Below the pieces are notes generated by a model, which did no database searches, had not been told where the DNA came from, and was given only the letters and a program-made list of their open reading frames with translations. This document shows, in pieces, positions 44,619 through 53,103 of a stretch of 64,000 bases of DNA (position 1 is its first letter; each line of letters begins with the position of its first letter). This stretch comes from an uncultured Gemmatimonadales bacterium (GTDB lineage Bacteria > Gemmatimonadota > Gemmatimonadetes > Gemmatimonadales > GWC2-71-9): contig CAWCFX010000002.1 in assembly GCA_963795085.1 (NCBI GenBank), positions 407,952-471,951 of the forward strand, written 5' to 3'. The translations under genes were made by a program, and so were the position numbers.

Positions 44619-45989
44619 CTATTCTCGAACCGGAAGGCCGCTGGGCACTGCGTCGGGGACCAGGGCCAGCTGGTTGAAGGCCGCGGGATCGGTGAGGGCG
44701 CGCAGGAAATTGACCAGGAGGGCTACGTCGGTATCACTCAGTGGCAACGGGCCCGTCACCCGGGGATCAAGAGTCGCCAGGACCGTCTCACGGCTCCGGG
44801 CATCGACATGGACGAGGGGCAGGATTCGGGGGTCAAGCCCGTCCCCCTGGTACGCCGCATAGGCTTCCCGGGGGTCGCGGTAGTGCCGTACCACCGCGTC
44901 CAGGGCGGTATAGGCTCCGCTGTGCATCCAGGGCCCGGTCAGCGCCACGTTGCGAAGCGGAGGTGTACGAAATGCGAACCGGTCCTCGGCACGGCCGGTC
45001 ACCACGGCCCGACCGGCATCCAGCGGGGCCTCGGCTCCGATGCCGTCCCCCAGTTGGGGCGCACCGATGTTGTGAAACAAGTTGTCGGTGAGCAGGGGCC
45101 CGGCGTGGCAGGCGGCGCAGCGCGCGCGGCCATAGAAAAGCCGCGCACCGCGCCGGGCAGAGTCGCTCAGCGCGGACGCGTCACCCGCCAGGAACCGGTC
45201 GAAGGGGGTATTGAGCTGGGTAAAACTGGCCCGTTCGAACGCGGCAATGGCCTCGGCGAGATGCACGATGCCGATCTCCGCCGAGTCGAGACCGGGAAAG
45301 GCCGCCTGGAAGCGGGCGAGATACTCCGGATAGCCAAGCACCCGCTGCACGACCCTGGTCCAGATGGCTTCGAACGCGTCATCGTCGGCCGCCGCGATTT
45401 CGTTGGTCTCTCCGAACCGGGTGGTATCGCCCAGGTGTCCCCGCATCTCGTCCCGCGCCGCCAGCGGGAAGAGCACCTGCGCGGCGAGGACCGAGGACAA
45501 CCCGGGAGGGACCGGCATGCCTTTCGGACCCTGCACGCCGGCCGGAGTCAGTTCGGTGCGGCCATCATGGAAGAGGGCGGTGAGCGAAGGCACGCCCTTG
45601 TTGTACAGGTCGGCCGTGTTGCGGGCGATGAAGCGGCCGGCGCCCAGCTTCCTCGACGGTCCGTTGCGAATGCCCCCGGTGCCGATCGCCAGCGAGAGCT
45701 TGTCGGTGGAGTTGTAGGAAACGTGGTGGCAGGTCCCGCAGGCGATGTTCTTATTGCCGCTCAGGACCTTGTCGTAGAAGAGCAGGCGTCCCAGTTCCAC
45801 GCGACCGGAGTGTTCGGCGGGCGGCGGCGGAAGCGGGGCGACCCCGGCCGCGGCCAGGAGCCGAGGCAGCTCATCATCGGGGAGCTGACGGGGAGGCCCG
45901 GCCCCGGGTTCGCCGCAGGCCAGGACACCGGCCAGCGCGCCGGCCAGGATGGCCCGGTACGCGAATGCCGGGCCCCCCGCTGTGATCAG
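44619..45989 (-). CDS. Diheme cytochrome c peroxidase/MauG-family lipoprotein (start uncertain)
   Basis: LGRLLFYDKVLS, CGTCH, CAACH, FRTPPLRNV, PWMHSG; in-frame lipobox VLAC upstream of the GTG at 45800. Confidence 0.85.
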   Translation of the reverse strand: MITAGGPAFAYRAILAGALAGVLACGEPGAGPPRQLPDDELPRLLAAAGVAPLPPPPAEHSGRVELGRLLFYDKVLSGNKNIACGTCHHVSYNSTDKLSLAIGTGGIRNGPSRKLGAGRFIARNTADLYNKGVPSLTALFHDGRTELTPAGVQGPKGMPVPPGLSSVLAAQVLFPLAARDEMRGHLGDTTRFGETNEIAAADDDAFEAIWTRVVQRVLGYPEYLARFQAAFPGLDSAEIGIVHLAEAIAAFERASFTQLNTPFDRFLAGDASALSDSARRGARLFYGRARCAACHAGPLLTDNLFHNIGAPQLGDGIGAEAPLDAGRAVVTGRAEDRFAFRTPPLRNVALTGPWMHSGAYTALDAVVRHYRDPREAYAAYQGDGLDPRILPLVHVDARSRETVLATLDPRVTGPLPLSDTDVALLVNFLRALTDPAAFNQLALVPDAVPSGLPVRE

Positions 45990-46660
45990 GGGCAGACGGG
46001 CCCCGACAGAGAGCCATTCTCGCCACTGGTCAGGTCATAGAACCCGCCAACCGTCCCGCCCTGAAGGTCCGGGAGAATCGTGACGGTGCCACTATGGCTG
46101 CTCATCACCCCGGCATCGTCACCGGTGAAGCCGCTGATAATGCCCTTGAAGGCCGCACCGACCCCAGTGCCGGAAGTCCAGGCCCCGCGCACCGCATTGG
46201 TGTTGGTGTTCTGAACAAAGGCGAAGATTCCCGCGATCCCGCCGCCGGCATCATGGGCGGCGCAGAAGCGCACCAGGCTGGAAAGACCGTCGTCCTCGGC
46301 CGCCGCCAGCAGGCCGCCGGCCGCCCCGCCGGTGTAGCTTCCGTCAATAAAGATTCCATTCACTGTCCCGGTGAATGCGTATCCGCCTCCGGAGGCCGTC
46401 ATCTGGTTTCCGGTGGTCCCGACCGACACCAGGTTCACAGTCGTGCCGCCGATCTTGAACGCGCCGCTCCCACCGCCCTGGTCGTCCAGGGTGAGCGAGA
46501 GGGTGCCGGTTTCCAGTCCGTCGTTTCCGGCGATGACCCCTTCGAAGACCGTACTCACCGGCCCGGGGCAGTTGGTGCAGTCGCCGTTACTGTCTTCGCC
46601 GCAGGAGAGGGAGGCCAGGGACGCGAGTAGCAGCGCGGCGAGCATGCGGGAGGGTTTCAT
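45986..46660 (-). CDS. Hypothetical Gly-rich beta-strand lipoprotein
   Basis: MKPSRMLAALLLASLASLSC lipoprotein signal. Confidence 0.8.
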   Translation of the reverse strand: MKPSRMLAALLLASLASLSCGEDSNGDCTNCPGPVSTVFEGVIAGNDGLETGTLSLTLDDQGGGSGAFKIGGTTVNLVSVGTTGNQMTASGGGYAFTGTVNGIFIDGSYTGGAAGGLLAAAEDDGLSSLVRFCAAHDAGGGIAGIFAFVQNTNTNAVRGAWTSGTGVGAAFKGIISGFTGDDAGVMSSHSGTVTILPDLQGGTVGGFYDLTSGENGSLSGPVCP

Positions 46661-46787
46661 GCGAACTCCAGGTGGCGTGTAAGCAGCGGTTTGGAAAGAG
46701 GTTGGCCCGGTGACCCGGTGTCATTAATCTGCGATCTGGCGCGGCCGGCGCAAGAGGCCGGCCGGGCGCCCTCTCTCTTCAGGACGA

Positions 46788-48065
46788 ATGAACCCGATGC
46801 AATTTCACCGATTCGCCTCGCTGCTGCCCGACCCGGCCCAGGCCTCGAAAGTGGCGGCCCCGCCGTATGACGTGGTGAACCGGGAGGAAGCCCGGAACCT
46901 GGGCGAAGGAAACCCGCAGTCCTTCCTCCATATAGGGCGATCCGACATTGACCTCCCCGATACGGTGGATCCCTATGACCCGCGGATCTATTCCGGTGCC
47001 CGGGCGGCACTCGACCGGTTCGTCGCGGCAGGAATTCTCCGCCGGGATTCCCTCCCCTCTATCTACCTCTACCGGCTGGTGATGGACGGCCAGGCCCAAA
47101 CCGGAGTCGTCGGGTGCGTCCATATAGATGACTACGCCGGCGATGTGATCAAGAAGCACGAGCGGACCCGGCCGGACAAGGAAGATGACCGGACCCGCCA
47201 TGTGCTGACCCTCAACGCCAATGCCGAGCCGGTGTTCCTGAGCTATCGCGACGGAAGCGGAATGGATGGCAGCCCCGGGGCCTCCCGGCTCGGCGACCTG
47301 ATCGCACGGGACGTTACGGCCCCTCCGCTGATGGACTTCACCTCGGACGACGGGGTGCGGCACACCGTGTGGCGGGTGGCGGACCCGGCAGCGTACGAAG
47401 CGGCGTTTACCGCGGTCCCGGCCGCGTACGTTGCCGATGGCCATCACCGTTGCGCCAGCGCGTGGCGCGCCGGGCAGGAACTCCGGGCGAAGAACCCCTT
47501 ACACACCGGGCAGGAAGAGTACAACTGGTTCCTGGCGGTCCTCTTCCCCGCCAGCGACCTGCGCATCCTCCCCTATAACCGGCTGGTACGGGACCTGGGC
47601 GGGCGCACGGCGGACCAGTTCCTGGAAGCCCTGGCAGGCCTGGGCCGGCTGACCCTGGGCGCGGAGAGCGCCCCCTCCGGGCCGGGGTCCTTCTGCGCCT
47701 TTCTCGGCGGGCGCTGGCACCGGGTGGACCTGAACCCCGGCCTCATCGATGCCCGCGACCCCCTGGCCAGCCTGGATGCCTCGCTGCTGCAGGCCCACGT
47801 GCTCGAGCCGCTGCTCCACATCCAGGACCCCCGCACCGACAAGCGCATTGACTTCGTGGGCGGCATCCGGGGGACCGGGGAGCTGGAGCGCCGGGTAAAG
47901 TCGGGGGAGATGGCCGTGGCCTTTTCGCTCTTCCCTACGTCCATGGAGCAGCTCCTGGCGGTCGCGGACGCGGGGCTGATGATGCCGCCCAAGAGCACCT
48001 GGTTCGAGCCCAAGCTCAAGTCCGGGTTGTTCGTCCACACCCTGGACGAGGGCCGTTCAGGCTGA
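46788..48065 (+). CDS. DUF1015 family protein
   Basis: APPYDV, IKKHERTR, YVADGHHR, MPPKSTWFEPKL; linked to serA/serC. Confidence 0.92.
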   Translation: MNPMQFHRFASLLPDPAQASKVAAPPYDVVNREEARNLGEGNPQSFLHIGRSDIDLPDTVDPYDPRIYSGARAALDRFVAAGILRRDSLPSIYLYRLVMDGQAQTGVVGCVHIDDYAGDVIKKHERTRPDKEDDRTRHVLTLNANAEPVFLSYRDGSGMDGSPGASRLGDLIARDVTAPPLMDFTSDDGVRHTVWRVADPAAYEAAFTAVPAAYVADGHHRCASAWRAGQELRAKNPLHTGQEEYNWFLAVLFPASDLRILPYNRLVRDLGGRTADQFLEALAGLGRLTLGAESAPSGPGSFCAFLGGRWHRVDLNPGLIDARDPLASLDASLLQAHVLEPLLHIQDPRTDKRIDFVGGIRGTGELERRVKSGEMAVAFSLFPTSMEQLLAVADAGLMMPPKSTWFEPKLKSGLFVHTLDEGRSG

Positions 48066-48170
48066 GGACCGCCGATCGCTGGCGAGGGGCGGGCGAACTT
48101 TTGCGAGCGGGCCCATCAAGGTAGATTCCCCCTCCCGCACCGCCCGGTCTTACGAGGAGCCGACACGTCC

Positions 48171-49391
48171 ATGAAGGTCCTGATCGCTGACAAGTTCGAG
48201 AAAGTTGGAGTTGACGGCCTGCACGAGCTGGGCTGCGAGGTGGTCTCCCAGCCGGATCTCAAGGCCGAGGACCTGCCCCGCGCCCTGCGGGAAGAGGATC
48301 CCCGCATCCTGATCGTCCGCAGCACCAAGGTGACCGCCGACGCGCTCAAGGCCGGCGCCAACCTCGGCCTGGTGATCCGGGCCGGCGCCGGCATCGACAA
48401 CATCGATCTCGAGGTTGCCTCCAGCCTGGGCATCTTTGTTTCCAACTGTCCCGGGAAGAACTCGATCGCGGTGGCCGAGCTGATCATGGGACTGCTGCTC
48501 AGCATGGACCGGCGGATCCCCGACCAGGTCAGGGACCTCCGGGCCGGCAAGTGGCTCAAGGCCGAGTACTCGAAGTCCCGGGGCCTGCATGGGCGGACCA
48601 TCGGCATCGTCGGCCTGGGCCAGATCGGGCGGGAAGTGGCCAAGCGGTGCAAGGCGTTCGGCATGCACGTGATCGCCTGGTCCCGGAACTTCACCACCGC
48701 GGACGCCGAGCAGCTGGGAATCGGCTACGCGCAGACGCCGCTGGACGTGGCGCGGGGCGGCGACGTCGTCTCGATCAATGTGGCCGCGACCAGCGAAACC
48801 AAGCATCTCTGCGACACCGAGTTTTTCGAGGCCATGAAGCCGGGCGCCTATTTCATCAATACTTCGCGAGGCAGCGTGGTGGACGAGGCGGCGCTGGTCC
48901 AGGCGGTGCGGGACAAGGACATCCGGGCCGGCCTCGACGTTTTTCACAATGAGCCGGCCGGCGCCAAGGGGGAGTTCAGCAACCCCGTCGTGCAGGAGTC
49001 GTGCATTTACGGCACTCACCACGTGGGCGCTTCCACCGACCAGGCCCAGGTGGCCATCGCGCACGAGGTCCTGCGCATCGTGAGCGGTTTTCTCACCACC
49101 GGCGAGGTCCCCAACTGCGTTAACCGGCTGGCCAAGAGTTCGGCCAGTTACGTGCTGGCCGTGCGGCATCACAATCAGCCTGGGGTGCTGGCCCACGTAT
49201 TCAACGTGCTGGCGGAACGGGCGATTAACGTGGAAGAGGTGGAGAACATCAGCTATCACGGCGCCGTGGCCTCGCTGGCGCGCATCCACCTGGACAGCAA
49301 GCCGGGCGACTCCGACCTGCAGGCGATCCGGTCCGGCAATCCGCATATCATCAGCGTCGAACTCAGCGGCCTCAACGGACGGTCCTCATGA
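48171..49391 (+). CDS. serA: D-3-phosphoglycerate dehydrogenase with ACT domain
   Basis: [28 protein letters not shown]-terminal ACT. Confidence 0.9.
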   Translation: MKVLIADKFEKVGVDGLHELGCEVVSQPDLKAEDLPRALREEDPRILIVRSTKVTADALKAGANLGLVIRAGAGIDNIDLEVASSLGIFVSNCPGKNSIAVAELIMGLLLSMDRRIPDQVRDLRAGKWLKAEYSKSRGLHGRTIGIVGLGQIGREVAKRCKAFGMHVIAWSRNFTTADAEQLGIGYAQTPLDVARGGDVVSINVAATSETKHLCDTEFFEAMKPGAYFINTSRGSVVDEAALVQAVRDKDIRAGLDVFHNEPAGAKGEFSNPVVQESCIYGTHHVGASTDQAQVAIAHEVLRIVSGFLTTGEVPNCVNRLAKSSASYVLAVRHHNQPGVLAHVFNVLAERAINVEEVENISYHGAVASLARIHLDSKPGDSDLQAIRSGNPHIISVELSGLNGRSS

Positions 49392-50491
49392 ACGAACGTA
49401 TCTGGAATTTCGGCGCCGGACCCGGCGTGTTGCCCGAGCCGGTCCTCAAGCAGGCCCAGCAGGACATCTGGAACGTGGGCGGCAGCGGCATGGGCATCAT
49501 GGAGCACAGCCACCGCGGCAAGCTGTTCGACCGGGTCAACGCCGAAGCCGAGCAGGCCTGCCGCGACCTGGCCGGCATCTCCGACGACTATGACATCGTG
49601 TTCCTGCAGGGCGGCGCATCGCTGCAGTTTTCGATGACACCGCAGAACCTGCTGCCGAAGGGCGGGACAGCTGACTATCTCAATACCGGGGTCTGGTCCC
49701 AGAAGGCCATCAAGGAAGCCAAACTTTTCGGTGCCGTCCATATCGCGGCGAGCACCGAGAGCGAGAATTTTGCCCGGCTTCCCCGTCCTGACGAGACCAA
49801 TTACTCGGCGAGCCCTGCGTACGTCCACTTCACCAGCAACAACACCATCTACGGCACCCAGTGGCGGGCCGAACCCGAGGTCCCGGCCGGGGTGCCCCTG
49901 CTCTGCGACGCCTCGAGCGACATCTACAGCCGCCCGATCAACGTCTCGAAGTACGGATTGATCTACGCCGGGGCACAGAAGAATTTGGGCCCGTCGGGCA
50001 CCGTGCTGGTCATCATCCGGAAGGACCTGGTGGAACGGGGACCGAAGGATATTCCCACCATGCTGCAGTACCGGACCCATACGAAGGAGCACTCGCTCTA
50101 CAACACCCCGCCGACCATGGGGATCTATATGATCGGACAGGTCTTCAAGTGGATCCAGGACCAGGGCGGGCTCGCGGCCATGGCGGAACTCAACGAGGCC
50201 AAGGCGAAGGTGCTTTACGACTTCGTTGACCAGAGCGAGTTCTTCCGGGGCACGGCCGCCACGGACGACCGGTCCCGGATGAACGTCTGCTTCCGGGGGC
50301 CCACCGAGGAGCTGGAGGCCAAGTTTGTCAGCGAGGCGACGAAGCGCGGGTTCGAAGGTCTCAAGGGCCACCGCCTGGTAGGCGGGATGCGAGCCAGCAT
50401 CTACAATGCCTGTCCCCGGGCCGGCGTCGATGCACTGGTAGCGTTCATGAAGGAGTTCGAGCGGGCGAACGTGTCGGCGGCCAGGGCGTAG
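49388..50491 (+). CDS. serC: Phosphoserine aminotransferase
   Basis: [36 protein letters not shown]. Confidence 0.96.
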   Translation: MNERIWNFGAGPGVLPEPVLKQAQQDIWNVGGSGMGIMEHSHRGKLFDRVNAEAEQACRDLAGISDDYDIVFLQGGASLQFSMTPQNLLPKGGTADYLNTGVWSQKAIKEAKLFGAVHIAASTESENFARLPRPDETNYSASPAYVHFTSNNTIYGTQWRAEPEVPAGVPLLCDASSDIYSRPINVSKYGLIYAGAQKNLGPSGTVLVIIRKDLVERGPKDIPTMLQYRTHTKEHSLYNTPPTMGIYMIGQVFKWIQDQGGLAAMAELNEAKAKVLYDFVDQSEFFRGTAATDDRSRMNVCFRGPTEELEAKFVSEATKRGFEGLKGHRLVGGMRASIYNACPRAGVDALVAFMKEFERANVSAARA

Positions 50492-50507
50492 CCTCACGGG
50501 CGACCAC

Positions 50508-50576
50508 TTCACCCCTGCCCTGTCCATAGCGTGGAGAGGCCTCACCCCTACCCCTCTCCGCTGCGTGGAGAGGGGT
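50508..50576. repeat. Two tandem REP-like palindromes
   Basis: cttcacccctgccctgtcc-atagcg-tggagagg followed by ctcacccctacccctctcc-gctgcg-tggagagggg. Confidence 0.65.
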
Positions 50577-50653
50577 TCCTTTTTTAGAAGCCGGGTGGTT
50601 GTTGACGATGGTGAAGCGGCCGACTCGTCCGCGGCCCCGTTCGATGTGGCAGA

Positions 50654-50741
50654 CAGTGGGTCAGTGGGTCAGTGGGTCAGTGGGTCAGTGGGTCAGTGGG
50701 TCAGTGGGTCAGTGGGTCAGTGGGTCAGTGGGTCAGTGGGT
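50654..50741. repeat. Perfect 8-bp tandem repeat (CAGTGGGT)x11
   Basis: Counted directly; supplies the MATE stop codon. Confidence 0.97.
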
Positions 50742-52103
50742 CAGAGTGTGCGCACTCATCACCACCCGCGCAAGGGGGCTGTTGAACCGCTTCCTGATGC
50801 GATAGAGCAGCAGCAAGGCGACCGCGCCGAGTCCCACCACGAATCCCCACCAGAGTCCGCGCGGGCCGAGGCCGGCATAGAACCCGAAGTAGATACTCAC
50901 CGGCATGCCGAACAGCCAGAAGCCCAGGATGTTGATCACCATGGGGGCCCGGGTATCGCCGAGGCCGCGGAGCACGCCGGCGCCCACCGCCTGGAGCCCG
51001 TCGAAGATCTGGAAGACGCCCGCCACCGGGATCAGGCTCATGGCCACGGCCAGCACCGCGCCGTTGGTGGTATAGAGACGCGCCAGCACCCCCGGCAAGA
51101 GGAGAAACCCCAGGGCGGTCAGGCTCATGAACCCGGCGCCGGTGATCAACGCGGTGCGGGCCGAGCGCCGGGCTCCGTGCGTGTCTCCCCGGCCCACGGC
51201 GTTGCCCACCAGGACCGCCGCCGCGGCGGCAATACCGAGGGGAACCATGAACGTGAGGGAGGCCAGGTTGATGGCCACCTGGTGGCCGGCCAGCTGCGCC
51301 GTACCCAGGCGCCCCATCAGCAGCGCGATGGCGCCAAAGGCGCCGAACTCCAGCAGCATCTGGAACCCGATGGGCAGCCCCAGCACCAGCATGGAGACGA
51401 CCGGCCCCGGCGCGAACGCCGACCGGTGAAAGGGCCGAAGATACCCGCGCAGCCAGCGCCAGCTGAGGGCGAGGAGCAGCAGCGCCATGAACCAGCGGCT
51501 GACCGTCGTCGCAATTGCAGCACCCTCCACGCCCAGGGCGGGCGACCCCAGGCGGCCGAAAATCAGGGCCCAGTTGAGCAGCGCGTTCACCGCGTTCGCG
51601 ATCACGATGCACCAGACGATGGAGCTGGTATGGTGCATGGCCTGGAGGGTCTGCCGGAAAACGATAAACACAAAGAACGGCACGGTGCCCGGAATCATCA
51701 GCCACACGTACTGGCCGGCCAGCGGCACCACCTCAGCCGGCTGCCGCGCCAGGACGAGGAGCGGCTCAACCGGAAGCATGAAGAGGCTGATCGGCAGCGA
51801 CATGACACAGGCCAGGATGATGCCGCGCTGCAGGGAAAGACCCACGGCGGGGTGGTCATCGGCCCCGACGGCCTGGGCCACCAGGGGGTCGAGCACATGA
51901 AGAATTCCCTGCCCGAGGATCCCGGCCATGAAGAAATAGAGGTTCCCGATGGCCACGGCCGCCAGCGCCTCGGCGGAGACGTGCCCGACCATGAGGGTGT
52001 CTACCACGCCCATGAACATCATGCCCACCTGGATGGCCACGATGGGGGTGGCCAGCACGAGGAGGGCCCGCAGTTCAGAGCGAGTGGGAAGTCCGAGTCG
52101 CAC
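50733..52103 (-). CDS. norM: MATE family efflux transporter (NorM-like)
   Basis: VDTLMVGH, LGVEGAAIAT, AGHQVA, GVLRGLGDT; about 12 TM segments. Confidence 0.9.
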   Translation of the reverse strand: MRLGLPTRSELRALLVLATPIVAIQVGMMFMGVVDTLMVGHVSAEALAAVAIGNLYFFMAGILGQGILHVLDPLVAQAVGADDHPAVGLSLQRGIILACVMSLPISLFMLPVEPLLVLARQPAEVVPLAGQYVWLMIPGTVPFFVFIVFRQTLQAMHHTSSIVWCIVIANAVNALLNWALIFGRLGSPALGVEGAAIATTVSRWFMALLLLALSWRWLRGYLRPFHRSAFAPGPVVSMLVLGLPIGFQMLLEFGAFGAIALLMGRLGTAQLAGHQVAINLASLTFMVPLGIAAAAAVLVGNAVGRGDTHGARRSARTALITGAGFMSLTALGFLLLPGVLARLYTTNGAVLAVAMSLIPVAGVFQIFDGLQAVGAGVLRGLGDTRAPMVINILGFWLFGMPVSIYFGFYAGLGPRGLWWGFVVGLGAVALLLLYRIRKRFNSPLARVVMSAHTLTH

Positions 52104-52215
52104 GGCGGTCCGTCAGAGAAAGTGTGGGGAAAAGTAAGAGCGGCCGGGATGTTTTGGTACGGCTCGCGGTCTTGTGATGCTATCCGTACCGACGGGTCGG
52201 CGTACATTGCCCGTC

Positions 52216-52712
52216 AACTGCTCCTCGCGGAGGTACGAAGGGTTCCGAGCACGCCGAGAAACGGGGATATCACATATGGACGGGTCAGACGCTGTGAACC
52301 ATCTCACCCGGGAGGTAATTGGATCGGCGATCCAGGTCCATCGAACCCTGGGCCCGGGACTGCTTGAACACACCTATGTCCGGTGCCTCAAGTATGAGCT
52401 GGAGAAGCGGGGTCGCTCGGTTGAGAAAGATGTGTCCGTGAACCTGCAATACGAGGAACTTCTAATCGAGGGGGCCTACCGGCTGGACCTCCTCGTCGAC
52501 GATATGGTCATCGTGGAGGTGAAGGCTGTCGAGAAGATTCTTCCTGTCCACCATTCCCAGGTCCTCACTTATCTCAAGCTCACGCCGCGATCGATCGGAC
52601 TGCTGATCAACTTCAATACCATCCGCCTGGTGGATGGCCTCAAACGTTTCATTCATTGGCAGCCTGCCTCACGGCCCACCGAGGTTCTCGGAGATCTTCG
52701 TGAGGAGCAGTT
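52216..52712. mobile_element. GxxExxY cassette bounded by 17-bp imperfect inverted repeats
   Basis: aactgctcctcgcggag (52216-52232) versus the reverse complement aactgctcctcacgaag (52696-52712), 15/17 identical. Confidence 0.5.
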
Positions 52713-52716
52713 CTAA
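52276..52716 (+). CDS. GxxExxY protein (PD-(D/E)xK-like)
   Basis: LGPGLLEHTY, RLDLLVDD..IVEVKAV, QVLTYLK, GLLINFN; start ATG 52276. Confidence 0.93.
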   Translation: MDGSDAVNHLTREVIGSAIQVHRTLGPGLLEHTYVRCLKYELEKRGRSVEKDVSVNLQYEELLIEGAYRLDLLVDDMVIVEVKAVEKILPVHHSQVLTYLKLTPRSIGLLINFNTIRLVDGLKRFIHWQPASRPTEVLGDLREEQF

Positions 52717-53075
52717 GGGTGACCGGGATCGTCCCCCCGGGGCCCTGCCAGGAGTCGCTCGGTGAAATCCACCCGCTCGGCCAGCTCAGAAACCTCCTGC
52801 CGCAGGGCGTACAATTCGTCCAGGACCTGCTCCGGGATCTCTCCGCCCTCTACCACCTCGGGGTCCCAGCGGCTGACCCGGCGGCCATCTTTGTCGGTGA
52901 AGCCTCCGGACGCCACCATGATGAGGTCGTAGAGGTACCAGACCCCCAGGCCGCCCAGCGTGCCGGCCTGGAGGATGCCGGTGCCGACCTTGCCGGTGTA
53001 GAACCGGTGGGCACCAAAGACGCCCAGGAAAAACGCCAGGGCGAGCGCGACGCCGCGCGACTTGTCAGAGGCCAT
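52713..53075 (-). CDS. TM2/NINE domain protein with C-terminal coiled coil
   Basis: FLGVFGAHRFYTGK...TLGGLGVWYLYD. Confidence 0.88.
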   Translation of the reverse strand: MASDKSRGVALALAFFLGVFGAHRFYTGKVGTGILQAGTLGGLGVWYLYDLIMVASGGFTDKDGRRVSRWDPEVVEGGEIPEQVLDELYALRQEVSELAERVDFTERLLAGPRGDDPGHP

Positions 53076-53103
53076 GGTGAAGGCGGGGTGCGGGGTGCAT
53101 AGA

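Noticed and set aside
50654..50741. Tandem repeats as a CRISPR array
   Set aside because: Units are 7-8 bp with no spacers, and there are no cas genes in the window.
50565..50805. ORFs with SGSVGQWV repeats
   Set aside because: They are translations of the 8-bp DNA repeat, not credible proteins.
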